61,602 nucleotides of DNA from a virus (IMGVR_UViG_3300046167_000543:1-61602); one strand, 5' to 3'. Positions 9,236 to 19,639 are shown, counted from the first letter of the stretch. The notes: generated by a model not told the origin, from the letters alone. A program made the numbers and translations.

Positions 9236-10714
9236 TTATGCTCCTTTGAAAATGACAAAGTTGTTAGCACCTTGAGTAATCAAACATCTTTCAGATAGGA
9301 AGTTTACTTCCATTGCATCAAGAGTTGAAGTATAAGCACCACCAACTGAACCAGTCAACCAAGTCTTCATACGACGATCATCACTTTGTGATGCTCTATA
9401 TCGCACGTGCAAGAATGGACGACGGATGTTAGAACCAAGAATTTGGTCATATACAGTTGAAGTACCAGCAGGAACTAATACACCTTCGACAGAACTAATT
9501 CCATCAATAGCGCCACGAGTTGAAGCATCGTTTAGATATTTCCAGTCAGTTTTATAGAAGTCATAAGAACCTCTACGGAAACCACTAAAGCCAAGGTTTA
9601 ATGCCATGTCTTCAGAGTTTTCAAACAAACCATAAGAACTACCACCTTGGTAAGTTCCGGTAGCAGGTGATCCTACTCCAGCTAGCATATCATCAAAATC
9701 TAGAGATGTTTGGCGATTTAAGAAAAGCATGTTTTCTTCAATAGCGCCTTGAGTATCTAGGTTTTTAAGGATAGCATCAAAATCAGCTAGACCATCAGCT
9801 GCAGTAAATCCTACCATTTTGTTACCACGATCTTCGATAGCAGCAAATAAACCTTGCGTGCCAGGAAGTTTGCTAGCTTGGTAGTTACCAGCACCAGCGT
9901 TGGTATTTAATTCACCTTCAACTAAAGCCATTTCTAAGTAATCTTCGAAACGTAGACGAGTTTCAGACTCAGCTTTTAGATACCATAGATATCCAGAAGT
10001 TCCGTCTTCAGTCGCTACTTCCACCCAACCAATCTGCGCAGTATCAGAACCTGATACAACGTATTGATTACGAATAATTACTGGAGAGTTGGCATATTGT
10101 TGTAGCTGTGGAGTTACACTTACACGTGAAGCTGAGTTACCAACACCAGTACCAATTGAAGTACCTTTAGTATAGTCAGATCCATACACAAAGATTTTCA
10201 AATCAGTCGCTGAAGCAAACACAGTTTGTACGTCTGAACCTCCATAAAGCTGTACAGCGATATGACCGGCATCAGCAAGAGTACCACCGTTAGCAACAGG
10301 TACATCAGTTACAATACCCTTAGCTTCACCACCGTCTGAAACGTCCATAATAACGATAGTATCGTTAATAGAAATTACGTTTACTACGGTAGTTCCGTTT
10401 ACAGTTGTGAGGTCTAAGTGTGTTGCGTTAGCTAGGTTTGCAGCTACAGCTGTGTAAGAAATATGTAGTCGGTTTTGCTCAGACCAAATAACTTGGTCAG
10501 ATGTCATAGGCATTTCAGCGCCTACCATTCTTAAGAATCCAGATAGTGTACGGTTACCGTAACGCTCTACTTCTTGTTCGTAAATTTCAGGTAGATATTG
10601 CTGAGCAAAGTCATTACCTGAACCGTCGTTAAACTTTAGATAATTGCTATCTAAAATTTGTTGTTTTTGAGATGGTACTAAAGTACCAAATGTTGGAGTT
10701 AGTGTTCCAGCCAT
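9236..10714 (-). CDS. major capsid protein
   Basis: 492 aa after portal and scaffold; QQYLPEIYEQEVERYGNRT..., GYLWYLKAESETRLRFEDYLE, GFRRGSYDFYK resemble Bacteroidota podovirus MCPs; followed by a strong hairpin. Confidence 0.8.
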   Translation of the reverse strand: MAGTLTPTFGTLVPSQKQQILDSNYLKFNDGSGNDFAQQYLPEIYEQEVERYGNRTLSGFLRMVGAEMPMTSDQVIWSEQNRLHISYTAVAANLANATHLDLTTVNGTTVVNVISINDTIVIMDVSDGGEAKGIVTDVPVANGGTLADAGHIAVQLYGGSDVQTVFASATDLKIFVYGSDYTKGTSIGTGVGNSASRVSVTPQLQQYANSPVIIRNQYVVSGSDTAQIGWVEVATEDGTSGYLWYLKAESETRLRFEDYLEMALVEGELNTNAGAGNYQASKLPGTQGLFAAIEDRGNKMVGFTAADGLADFDAILKNLDTQGAIEENMLFLNRQTSLDFDDMLAGVGSPATGTYQGGSSYGLFENSEDMALNLGFSGFRRGSYDFYKTDWKYLNDASTRGAIDGISSVEGVLVPAGTSTVYDQILGSNIRRPFLHVRYRASQSDDRRMKTWLTGSVGGAYTSTLDAMEVNFLSERCLITQGANNFVIFKGA

Positions 10715-10729
10715 TTTAAATAATTTTTA

Positions 10730-11911
10730 TTAATTAAACTTTTTAGTTTTGATTTTTAATTTTGAAGAATCAAGACCGCTAACAGCTTTTACTTTTAATC
10801 CATTAACAAACACATCACCAGAAGCTGTTTGCCTAGGTTCTGTACTTATGTTTTTAGATTTAGCCATAACATCTTTAACTGCATCGGCTTTGCCTTGCTC
10901 ATAAAAATGCTGTGCTATAGTATCAGCGTTTCGCGCTGCGTATAAAGCTTTGTGGTAGCCTTTAGCATCTTGTATTTCTCCTTTGTCATTTAAGAACGTC
11001 TTAATAAAATTTGAAATATCAGATTGTTGCTCTCCTACCTGTGACGGGTTTTTAACACCATACCTAAACTTCTTATCACTAACATTAAAATCAAAACCTT
11101 TGAAATCTTCGTTAAGTAATTGTTTAGTTTTTTGTTTAAAAACTTCGTGCTTAGCTTGATTCGTATCTTGCTCTTCGTTGTATCGGTTGAAAAAGTCTGT
11201 AGCTTTTTGTTGGTCTTGAGTTACGCCCGGTCTCAACTTGATCTCGTCGTAGTATTTACTCTTTAAGCCTTCAAGAAAGTCTTTAGCTTTTGCAGCCTCC
11301 TCTTTAAACGCAATTTTCTTTTTGCGTATATCTTTTGGTTCATCTATATCTTCATCAAAATCAAAGTCTTCTAATAAAAGACTTACATCTTCAGAATCTA
11401 AATGTGGTTTAGTTTGTTTATAATATTCTCTAATTAAAGATGTGTTATCAACATTGGTATAATCTGCATTAAGCCTAACATAGTCTTGTACAGTTCCGCC
11501 TGTTTCTTCCATAAAAGAAACTAGCTTTTCAATATTTTCAGGTAGAACTCTTTGCTCTTGCATAGCTTGCTCTACTTCTTTTGCTACTTCAGTTTGTTGT
11601 TCCTCAGTATCTTCAATGACAGTTAAAGGAGATTCTACTTCTTCGTCGGAGGTCCGTACTTCTTCAACCACTTCTTTGCTGTCGCCACTGTCTTTGGGCT
11701 CTTCGACAATAACATTGCTATCATCTGTCTCTTGTGTTTGAACGGCATCGTCTTCTTCTTTTATTATTACTTTAGTAACCTCTGGTTCTGTTTCTATTAA
11801 AGGTTCTTTAATATTAACCTTAGTAACTTGATCACTTGATTTACCTAAATTTTTAGGCTTTGAAGGGGTTTTTATTTTAAACTCTCCTTCTTGTTTTACT
11901 TCTTCTGACAT
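10730..11911 (-). CDS. putative scaffolding protein
   Basis: 393 aa, very acidic N-terminus, helical, between portal and MCP. Confidence 0.6.
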   Translation of the reverse strand: MSEEVKQEGEFKIKTPSKPKNLGKSSDQVTKVNIKEPLIETEPEVTKVIIKEEDDAVQTQETDDSNVIVEEPKDSGDSKEVVEEVRTSDEEVESPLTVIEDTEEQQTEVAKEVEQAMQEQRVLPENIEKLVSFMEETGGTVQDYVRLNADYTNVDNTSLIREYYKQTKPHLDSEDVSLLLEDFDFDEDIDEPKDIRKKKIAFKEEAAKAKDFLEGLKSKYYDEIKLRPGVTQDQQKATDFFNRYNEEQDTNQAKHEVFKQKTKQLLNEDFKGFDFNVSDKKFRYGVKNPSQVGEQQSDISNFIKTFLNDKGEIQDAKGYHKALYAARNADTIAQHFYEQGKADAVKDVMAKSKNISTEPRQTASGDVFVNGLKVKAVSGLDSSKLKIKTKKFN

Positions 11912-11944
11912 AATATAATAGTATAAAATTAAAGGATTTTATTT

Positions 11945-14362
11945 TCAACGAGGCTCAAACTGTTCAAGTCCAAATCCTCCTAGTGAGTCAAATCCAGATG
12001 ACTCAAAGTTTTTAGGTAGTTCATCGTTTTGACGCTGTGATATCATTTCTGATTGTTGCGTGCCTATAATTCTAGCACGCTCGTCTTTACGATCTTCTAT
12101 TTCTTTTTCTTTAGATTTTTCAACATCAGCTCTAGCTCTTGCTAACTGTATATTGTAATTAAATTCTTCAGCCATTAACTCTCTTTTTATTTGAGCTTCT
12201 GTCTGCATGCGTTGTATTTCAAACTGTGATTTAGCTTGTTCAATACTAACTTTTTCTTGTGTAAGCGCTTGCTGTTTTTGAACTTCAGCCATAGCTGCTT
12301 GTTCGGCAGATTGAGCATTTGCTTGTGCTTGCGCCTGTATATTAGCTTGTTGTGCTTCTTGATCTCTTTCTCTTTTTTTCTTTTGACTTAGTTTAAGATA
12401 TTGATTAGCAAGTTTTATATTACTTATCTGCCTAATATCAATAGCATCTTCTAAGCCAATTTGCCCTGCTTGTAAAGCTATTTGTATATTCTTTTCAAGC
12501 ATTTGCTTTTCTTCTTCTTCAGGTTCAAGTTCTAAAAATATACCAAACTCATGCATGTTTAATTTACCGACCTCTGCAAGTGTTGCCACGTTGAATGAGT
12601 TTATAGAATTTAATAAAGCTTCTTTTAAAAGAGGAAAACTTAAAGCATCAGCAATTCTTAAGCTAATATTTTCTGCGGAACTAACTGTTAAATACATTAA
12701 AGACTGTAGTATGTGCTTGGTAGCTGTATTAGAAGCCGCCGCTGCTAGCTTTTGTAAACCTACTAATGAATCTTTAGCTGGTTGGCTACCGTCCCTAGCT
12801 TCGTTAAGTCCTGTCACGTCTCTAATCATTTGTAAATAATACTGATATGTTTGTATAAGAGCTTGTATTTTAGCCATACTAGACGATGTTTGCAATTCTT
12901 GTATTGGTACTTTACCTCTATTAGGATCACCATCCTGTGTCAAACTTCTACCGACAATACTACCAGTTTGAAAGTACATATTCAAAGCTTCTTGAGCATT
13001 ATAACTTGTACCATTACCAAGGTCTACCTCTGCTAAACCATCCACGTCTACAAACACACCATCGGGCACTGTTCGCGCTAGCACTTGTTGTATTTTTAAA
13101 TGTGTAAGCTGTATCATGTCCGCAAACCCAATACATTTGCTAACTAAACTTTCTATACGACCTTTATACATCCGCGGAGCAGATATATTGTAGTTCATTT
13201 TAACTTTAGTCTGGTTGCTATACGGTCTTGTCATGTTTTCAGACAATTCCCACTTAAGCATTTTTTCGTGTCCAAGTATTTTAGCGCCACTATATAAAAC
13301 TTCTATAGCTCTATGAACTCTATCAAAGTTATCGCTTTCAGGTGGATCAAACGTGTCTGGCTTTTCTAAAGCTTTTTCAAGACCTTGATCTGTTTGTTTT
13401 ATTTTAAATACTTGATTTTCATAAGTTTTATATTCAAAATACAACACTTGAATTTGACTTTGCTGATCGTCTTGAGCGTAATAATTACGAGTGTAATTTA
13501 CATTACCCGGATATTTTTGTATTTCTTCTAAATCAGAATCTGTTAAATAAGGAAATTGTTTTTTAATCTCTTCAAGAGTAACGCTTTTAACTTCACCTAC
13601 GTAATATATATCTTCAAAATTAGGGTCTTCAGTATATGAATAAACTAAATTAGCAGGATCTACATAATTAACAGTAATACCATTAGCTAAATTAAAATCT
13701 GTTTTAACAGCTGATATACCTATAACGGTTAAATCATAAGCCAAGCGTTTTTTTACTTCTTCGTATTTATTATAATCAAAAACATTAGATATAGCTTCTT
13801 CTTCAGCTATTTCAATAGCTTGCTTGTAATTCAATTGAATATATAAATCTAGTTCTTCTTTACTCTCAGGAAGATTTGTTGGATCTGATGTATAAGATAA
13901 ATCAGCTCCTAAATTCTGTTGTATAGATTCCAAAAGAGGTTTAGCGTTCATATCTCTAAGTATATTCGCTGTGTAATCAGTTCTTTCTTTTAAAGCATAA
14001 GGATCTGACGCAAAAGATTTTATTTCATAACCCTTGTCTGTCATACCATTTACAACAATATCTACAAACTTAGATAATACAGCTACTGGTTTCCAGTCTA
14101 AATTTAAATAAGATAAATCACCATTAATAGATAATTCATCTTTGTACTTTGCTACAGATTGTTCGCCTCTAGCATATAGTCTTAATCTATGAAAATCTTG
14201 CCAACTATTACCAAAACGGCCTCCGGATCCTAAACCTCTATCGCCTCTAAACCATTCGTTTTCTATAGCTCTTCCTACAGCTAAGCCATAATCATATGTC
14301 TTTTTCTCTGCGTCTGGTACTACCTGACTTGGGAAAGAACTATTAACATTAGTGTAAATCAT
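11945..14362 (-). CDS. portal protein
   Basis: 805 aa directly after TerL; RDVTGLNEARDG motif and long Gln/Ala coiled-coil C-terminal barrel as in P22/crAss-type portals. Confidence 0.8.
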   Translation of the reverse strand: MIYTNVNSSFPSQVVPDAEKKTYDYGLAVGRAIENEWFRGDRGLGSGGRFGNSWQDFHRLRLYARGEQSVAKYKDELSINGDLSYLNLDWKPVAVLSKFVDIVVNGMTDKGYEIKSFASDPYALKERTDYTANILRDMNAKPLLESIQQNLGADLSYTSDPTNLPESKEELDLYIQLNYKQAIEIAEEEAISNVFDYNKYEEVKKRLAYDLTVIGISAVKTDFNLANGITVNYVDPANLVYSYTEDPNFEDIYYVGEVKSVTLEEIKKQFPYLTDSDLEEIQKYPGNVNYTRNYYAQDDQQSQIQVLYFEYKTYENQVFKIKQTDQGLEKALEKPDTFDPPESDNFDRVHRAIEVLYSGAKILGHEKMLKWELSENMTRPYSNQTKVKMNYNISAPRMYKGRIESLVSKCIGFADMIQLTHLKIQQVLARTVPDGVFVDVDGLAEVDLGNGTSYNAQEALNMYFQTGSIVGRSLTQDGDPNRGKVPIQELQTSSSMAKIQALIQTYQYYLQMIRDVTGLNEARDGSQPAKDSLVGLQKLAAAASNTATKHILQSLMYLTVSSAENISLRIADALSFPLLKEALLNSINSFNVATLAEVGKLNMHEFGIFLELEPEEEEKQMLEKNIQIALQAGQIGLEDAIDIRQISNIKLANQYLKLSQKKKRERDQEAQQANIQAQAQANAQSAEQAAMAEVQKQQALTQEKVSIEQAKSQFEIQRMQTEAQIKRELMAEEFNYNIQLARARADVEKSKEKEIEDRKDERARIIGTQQSEMISQRQNDELPKNFESSGFDSLGGFGLEQFEPR

Positions 14363-16567
14363 CTATTTTATTATTTTTGAAATATTGCCTTTATTATCAT
14401 ATTTTTTAAATGATAAATTAACAGCCTGTTTTTTTGATTTATAAACTGGTGTATATTTGTTTTTGTTACAAGCCATTATAGCTAAACCAGAACTAATAGA
14501 AGCATCGTGTTTTGTTCTATTGTTTATATTAAACTTAGCCCAGTCTTCTAACGTTTCTTGAAAATACATATTACCATACATAGTTTCTTTAAGCCCAACG
14601 TGGTCTTCTATATAAGATTCTATAGCAGCGGCGTGAGCTTGCTTAATATCTTCTGATGAGTTAGGTATTCCACCTATCTCTCTTTCTGCTACAGACAGTT
14701 TTAATTTATCTGGTCTGTTCATTGAGAAAGCTCTGTAACCTCTACGTTTTAAATAATATAAAAGTCTAGGTTTATTATTTTCTGCTAATATTGGCATGCC
14801 ATAGAAATGCAAAGCCATAAGCACATCTTCAAAGAATATCTCAGCTGTTGGAGGTCTTGATATATATTCTAAGAAAAACATATTAGCCGGTACGTTTTCC
14901 ATAGAGAATTTTGTAAGTCCGTGAAGAGCTCCATTAGATCCTCTATTATCTACTGTACCCGATATATCGTATGAGTCACATCCAAAAGCACCACAGTGCT
15001 CGTTACCAGGATATTTAACTCCATTCTTTATTATTACACGATTTTGTAATTGTATAGGTGGAACCCATGAAACTAAGAATCTACCATTTTTATTTGGCAT
15101 AAAGTTAACAACAGTATCTTTTATACCACCTTGCCAAGAAAAGTTACCTCTTGTTACTAATTTAGAGTTATCAGACTCGTCGTTATAATCTATCTGTTCG
15201 TATATCTTAGTTAGATTAAATAAAGATTGTTTTGTCTCATCTCTAAAAGCATGTTGCTCTGTTCGGGGAAACTGCCTATAATATTCATTTAAACTATCTT
15301 GATCACCTTTTAAACCATCAACTTCATTTTCCCAATGGTTTATAACCCCTACTTCAATTTGTAATCCGTCTGCACCTTCAACTGATTTTGCCGGCGTATC
15401 AAAGACAGGGTGTCCATAAGTATCAATGAATCCTTCGTAATTCCACTCCATAGGTATGAACAAAGAATATAGTCCTGAGCTAGTCTGTCCGTTGCGGTTT
15501 CTTTTTGTAACGTCTGAAGCATAGTATAATTTTTTAAAGTTTTCACCACCTTTGTCTAAAGCGTTTGAGGTTGAACCCATCATACACTTACCTACAATTC
15601 TGCTACCCAACCTCAATGTGGTTTTTGTAACCCTCCAGTTGTTTAATATGTTATCAGGTCTTTCCCATTTACCTGATTCATCGTGTACAAGCAGTTTTAG
15701 TTTTTCACCATCATAACTGTTGTCACCTGTATTTTTCCAGTCAATAGTTGTGTCAAGACCTACAACTTCATCAGGTGTTTCACCTTGATCCAGCTTTCTA
15801 CGAGTTAGCTTTGATGCTGGCACTCTGTATGCTAGTTCTGTTTTTGGACGATCCATACCGTCCTGTATTGGTTTAAAAAAGAAAGGGTAGTTGATTGATA
15901 TCGGTACTACCTTATCTGTGAACATTTTTTTAGCATCAGCCCCTGATTTTGATAAGATACCGAATCTTGAATCTGAACTGATTGTTGCCAGGTTAACAGT
16001 TTCGCCTGATGCCATGAATGAGAAACCTGATCGTCTGTTTTTGAGGTAGCACATACCGTAGCATCTTTGATCTGCTTTGCAAGCTTCCCAGAATATAAAG
16101 AATAATCTGTTTGACTCCCTAAAGTCTGCTGCCCCAACATCAATCTTACTCCACTGCAAGTACATGTAGTGAGTGCCAGTGAGATAAGTAGCAACACCTT
16201 TGTTATTGAACCAGTGACCCTCATCACGACGCTTGAACTCTTCGTCAATATACTCATACCATCTTTCTTTAAAGTGCTCCGGGTATTTATTCCACTCAAA
16301 TACACTTTTTATTTTATTTAATTCTTTAGGATATTCTTCTCTAGACCATTTGTCCTTGTCCTTATTTAGTTTACCTTTAAAAGGTGGTAATGCTATTTTA
16401 AGGTTTTGTATTTCGTATACATCACCTATTTGACCAGTCTTACTTATAACTACTATATCGTGCTCTTTGTTATAACCGTACTCCCACTTTTTGCTTTTGT
16501 TATTTCTACTAACAACGTGAGGTTTTATATGATCTGTAAGTACAGTAAATAAGCTTTGATTGTACAT
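14363..16567 (-). CDS. terL: terminase large subunit
   Basis: 734 aa; LKNRRSGFS Walker A variant, LLVHDESGK Walker B, GST coupling motif, C-terminal RNase H-like nuclease (FGCDSYD, ILAENN, HDASIS). Confidence 0.85.
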   Translation of the reverse strand: MYNQSLFTVLTDHIKPHVVSRNNKSKKWEYGYNKEHDIVVISKTGQIGDVYEIQNLKIALPPFKGKLNKDKDKWSREEYPKELNKIKSVFEWNKYPEHFKERWYEYIDEEFKRRDEGHWFNNKGVATYLTGTHYMYLQWSKIDVGAADFRESNRLFFIFWEACKADQRCYGMCYLKNRRSGFSFMASGETVNLATISSDSRFGILSKSGADAKKMFTDKVVPISINYPFFFKPIQDGMDRPKTELAYRVPASKLTRRKLDQGETPDEVVGLDTTIDWKNTGDNSYDGEKLKLLVHDESGKWERPDNILNNWRVTKTTLRLGSRIVGKCMMGSTSNALDKGGENFKKLYYASDVTKRNRNGQTSSGLYSLFIPMEWNYEGFIDTYGHPVFDTPAKSVEGADGLQIEVGVINHWENEVDGLKGDQDSLNEYYRQFPRTEQHAFRDETKQSLFNLTKIYEQIDYNDESDNSKLVTRGNFSWQGGIKDTVVNFMPNKNGRFLVSWVPPIQLQNRVIIKNGVKYPGNEHCGAFGCDSYDISGTVDNRGSNGALHGLTKFSMENVPANMFFLEYISRPPTAEIFFEDVLMALHFYGMPILAENNKPRLLYYLKRRGYRAFSMNRPDKLKLSVAEREIGGIPNSSEDIKQAHAAAIESYIEDHVGLKETMYGNMYFQETLEDWAKFNINNRTKHDASISSGLAIMACNKNKYTPVYKSKKQAVNLSFKKYDNKGNISKIIK

Positions 16568-16839
16568 TACTTAGATCTACCTTCTGCAAAACCCTGAAAG
16601 GATTTTTGCTTGCTATCGCCTGCTTTATCTTCAAGCATATTCTTTTCTTCTTCGATACGATTAAGTATTTCAAACGCATCAAATATAGCTAACTTTTTTG
16701 TTGCAGCCGCGTTCTTTAAACGATCAGCCGAGATGTCATCATCTGAATCTACAATAGGTTCTTTAGCTACCTTAATTAATTCCTCAACTGCTTTTTGCCC
16801 AGCTTGGATTATATTCAACTTGGTTTTCTTGGTGCTCAT
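16567..16839 (-). CDS. hypothetical protein, candidate terminase small subunit
   Basis: 90 aa helical ORF abutting terL. Confidence 0.35.
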   Translation of the reverse strand: MSTKKTKLNIIQAGQKAVEELIKVAKEPIVDSDDDISADRLKNAAATKKLAIFDAFEILNRIEEEKNMLEDKAGDSKQKSFQGFAEGRSK

Positions 16840-17389
16840 ACTTAATTACAATATCATTTGATTTCATACAATAAAGCCTTTGGTCATTTACGATAAACTC
16901 AAACTCACTGCTAGGTGTAAACCCTACAGTATCTCCTTCGTTTATTCCCTTAGCTTCTAAGGACTTATTACCGTATTTTAGTACACCAATAAGCTTTTGC
17001 TCTTTATCGAGCTCTAGATCATTATTATTTTCAAGTGGCATAGCAAAGCATCTATCAGCAAACGCATACCATTTGTATATTTTTTTATATAAATATATTT
17101 GATCTATTTGACAAAAGTAAAGATCGTCTTTAAAATATTTACTACTATTAACTTCTTTACCTTTCATATTATAATACCTTCTAAAGATATTATGGTGAAC
17201 TATAATTTCATCACCCTCTTCTATAGGCGTATCAAAAGCAAGTGGTGTAGAAATTACAATAGCTTTGTTATTTACAAACTTATGTTTTTCGATACTAGTA
17301 TTTAGCAAAAGCTCTTTGCCATCTACATCTATAGAATTATCATAAACCTTACCAACAGGTTTTATGATAAAATCATATATGCTTTTCAT
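16784..17389 (-). CDS. tandem GroES-like (Cpn10-fold) protein
   Basis: two repeats of GroES-like pattern (FIIKP...IEEGDEIIV; INEGDTVGF...QRLYCMKSNDIV). Confidence 0.55.
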   Translation of the reverse strand: MKSIYDFIIKPVGKVYDNSIDVDGKELLLNTSIEKHKFVNNKAIVISTPLAFDTPIEEGDEIIVHHNIFRRYYNMKGKEVNSSKYFKDDLYFCQIDQIYLYKKIYKWYAFADRCFAMPLENNNDLELDKEQKLIGVLKYGNKSLEAKGINEGDTVGFTPSSEFEFIVNDQRLYCMKSNDIVIKYEHQENQVEYNPSWAKSS

Positions 17390-17617
17390 TAATATTCTAA
17401 ATCATATTCAACAGATATAGCCATGTTAGAATTAAACTTCTTCCATGGCAATACCTCGTTGTTTTTCTTTATATGAATATTATAAGAACTATCATGGTCC
17501 TCAAATAAAATGTGCGATATTTCGTGACCGCCATATACCTGCTGACCCACCGAATAATGCATCGCATCGTTTTTATAATCAGAACCAATACTGATTTTTC
17601 TTATAACAGAATCCATT
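17389..17617 (-). CDS. hypothetical protein
   Basis: likely start at MDSVIRKISIG (17617) rather than the upstream overlapping start. Confidence 0.5.
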
Positions 17618-17884
17618 TTAGTCTTCTGATTTAACAACAGCCATCTCACTGTCGTCTTCGCTTTCTATAATTGTATATTCACCCGTCTTAAGATCAATAC
17701 TTATATTACCGTATTCTTTTTCAAGATCTTGTTTGGTCTTTTCTATACCTTCGTTTACAGTAGCTATCTTATGAAGCAATGAATGCTTGTTAGCTTCTAA
17801 AGCTCCTATTTGGTTTAATAGTCCGCCTAACTCTTCTTGTCGTTTAACAACTGATTCTAGTTGCTCGTTTGTAATTTTTGCCAT
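17618..17884 (-). CDS. coiled-coil hypothetical protein
   Basis: 88 aa heptad-rich, ends YGNISIDLKTGEY. Confidence 0.5.
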   Translation of the reverse strand: MAKITNEQLESVVKRQEELGGLLNQIGALEANKHSLLHKIATVNEGIEKTKQDLEKEYGNISIDLKTGEYTIIESEDDSEMAVVKSED

Positions 17885-17914
17885 TTGATTTGATTTAATT
17901 TAATTTATATTTAA

Positions 17915-18319
17915 TTACTTGTCTTTATTATTACTTATTTTTTTACCTTTTTCCCACGTACGACCCACAAAATAAGCACCATACACAGTTATTAATAGCG
18001 ACTGGAATATAGGTATATAATCCTCTGCTATTGAAAACTCTCCTATGTTACCATCAAAAAATGCTAATACAGAAAATATAAAGGTAAGGTATATAAGAAC
18101 CATTGGCCTTATATTCTTAGACAAGAAGGAATCGGACTTCATATCCGACTCCCATCTCGCTGTTACCTGGTCTTGAGCATCTTTATCTGCTTGCTCTAGC
18201 AGCTCTTCAACTTTTAGTTTAGCCTCGAGTCTTTCTTCATCAGTAGTTACTAGATCATCTATTACTTGACCTATATCTTTAATGAGACCTCCAGTTATAA
18301 GTTGAAGAATTTTTTTCAT
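17915..18319 (-). CDS. holin (GTA 3TM-type)
   Basis: RWESDMKSDSFLSKNIRPMVL + TM helices + YFVGRTWEK. Confidence 0.75.
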   Translation of the reverse strand: MKKILQLITGGLIKDIGQVIDDLVTTDEERLEAKLKVEELLEQADKDAQDQVTARWESDMKSDSFLSKNIRPMVLIYLTFIFSVLAFFDGNIGEFSIAEDYIPIFQSLLITVYGAYFVGRTWEKGKKISNNKDK

Positions 18320-18783
18320 TTTTTGTTAAAAAAATTTATTCTTTGATTAATATTTGAATAACCCGCGTTTTCAGGAAGTTTTATTCTTTCAGATGGTTTA
18401 GAAAAACGAGAATGTTGTTCAAATAAATCTGTAACGCTTGCCCCCGCCTCTTTTCTTTTGTTATATTCTTTCTCATCTATAGGCACCCTGTTTCTGTCGG
18501 ATATGTTTGCGAAGTTACTTGAGCTTCTTAGATCAGTTTGACGCATTCCGCGATCTGTTGGTGTTAAGCTTGTTTCATCTTGCATCCAATTCCTTTTATT
18601 GTACTCATCATATCTAGCTTTACTTCCAATAGGTAAATCTTTCATTTTTGTAGAAGTACCATCTTTAGGGTCGGTTTGATAAAGAGCTGACATATAGGCT
18701 GATGAACCTTCTGCCATATATCCTACTGCTTTGTTTCCGGCAGATGCTTCCATATGTCCTACCGGTTTTTTGTTATATCCCAT
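18316..18783 (-). CDS. hypothetical protein, paralogous leader with next gene
   Basis: 155 aa; starts MGYNKKPVGHM...NKAVGYMAEGSSAYM. Confidence 0.55.
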   Translation of the reverse strand: MGYNKKPVGHMEASAGNKAVGYMAEGSSAYMSALYQTDPKDGTSTKMKDLPIGSKARYDEYNKRNWMQDETSLTPTDRGMRQTDLRSSSNFANISDRNRVPIDEKEYNKRKEAGASVTDLFEQHSRFSKPSERIKLPENAGYSNINQRINFFNKK

Positions 18784-18806
18784 TGTTTTTGTTTTAATTA
18801 TTTATT

Positions 18807-19271
18807 TTAGCGACGTGCTTTTGGTCTTTTTCTAATAGTATTATCTATAGTTCTTACTACAGCGTTATCATACAGATTAATATCTTGAATTTTTTCTCCA
18901 ACAAAATCACCAACATCACTCACCCCTCGTGTTATTCCTCTTAAAGCGTCTCCAGCTCTTGTTGTACCGTATTTTTCTTTGTATGATTTTTTCTTTTTCT
19001 TTTTAGATTTTTTTTGCCTAGGAGCAGTTAACACGACTTCTTGTAAATTACCACCTAGCTCAGAAACTTCTCTATTGCCATTAGTAGCTGCTTCTATTTC
19101 CGACTCTAAAACATATCTTTTTTCACCATCTTTATCTAACTGTTTCATAGGTGAATGACCCATTTGCGTCACGCTATTCATATATGCAGAAGACCCTTTT
19201 GCCATATATCCTACTGCTTTGTTTTTCATTGGACTTTTCATAAATCCAACTGGTCCTTTTTTATATCCCAT
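18807..19271 (-). CDS. basic hypothetical protein with TonB-box-like motif
   Basis: 154 aa; MGYKKGPVGFM...NKAVGYMAKGSSAYM leader, LQEVVLTA, poly-Lys tract. Confidence 0.55.
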   Translation of the reverse strand: MGYKKGPVGFMKSPMKNKAVGYMAKGSSAYMNSVTQMGHSPMKQLDKDGEKRYVLESEIEAATNGNREVSELGGNLQEVVLTAPRQKKSKKKKKKSYKEKYGTTRAGDALRGITRGVSDVGDFVGEKIQDINLYDNAVVRTIDNTIRKRPKARR

Positions 19272-19273
19272 TT

Positions 19274-19639
19274 TTATCCTTTTAATTGTTTATTTGCAAA
19301 TAATCTTTTATAAGTAAGCTTTGTGTTCATATCACCCTTAAGCTTGCATATAAGAATATTTTGATCTTTTAATTTATATTTAACTGTAACAGTGTAACCA
19401 TTGTTTTTATTAAAAACTTTAGTTGTAAAAGTATTTTTAGTTTTTTTAATTATAGTCTCTTCAATTGTCGTGCTGTTAACAGTGTTAACATTAACCACAT
19501 CTCTAACGCCGTATTCACCTTCGTAAATAACAACTATATACTTTGACTTAGGTGTTACCCATGATCCTTCAAAAGACTCTTGTGCGTAAATAAACGCTGA
19601 GCTAAAGCAAAAAGCAATAGCTAATATTATATTTTTCAT
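19274..19639 (-). CDS. exported beta-rich protein with signal peptide
   Basis: MKNIILAIAFCFSSAFIYA|QESFEGSW; GxW near the mature N-terminus and a basic C-terminal strand (YKR) suggest a lipocalin-like barrel. Confidence 0.55.
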   Translation of the reverse strand: MKNIILAIAFCFSSAFIYAQESFEGSWVTPKSKYIVVIYEGEYGVRDVVNVNTVNSTTIEETIIKKTKNTFTTKVFNKNNGYTVTVKYKLKDQNILICKLKGDMNTKLTYKRLFANKQLKG

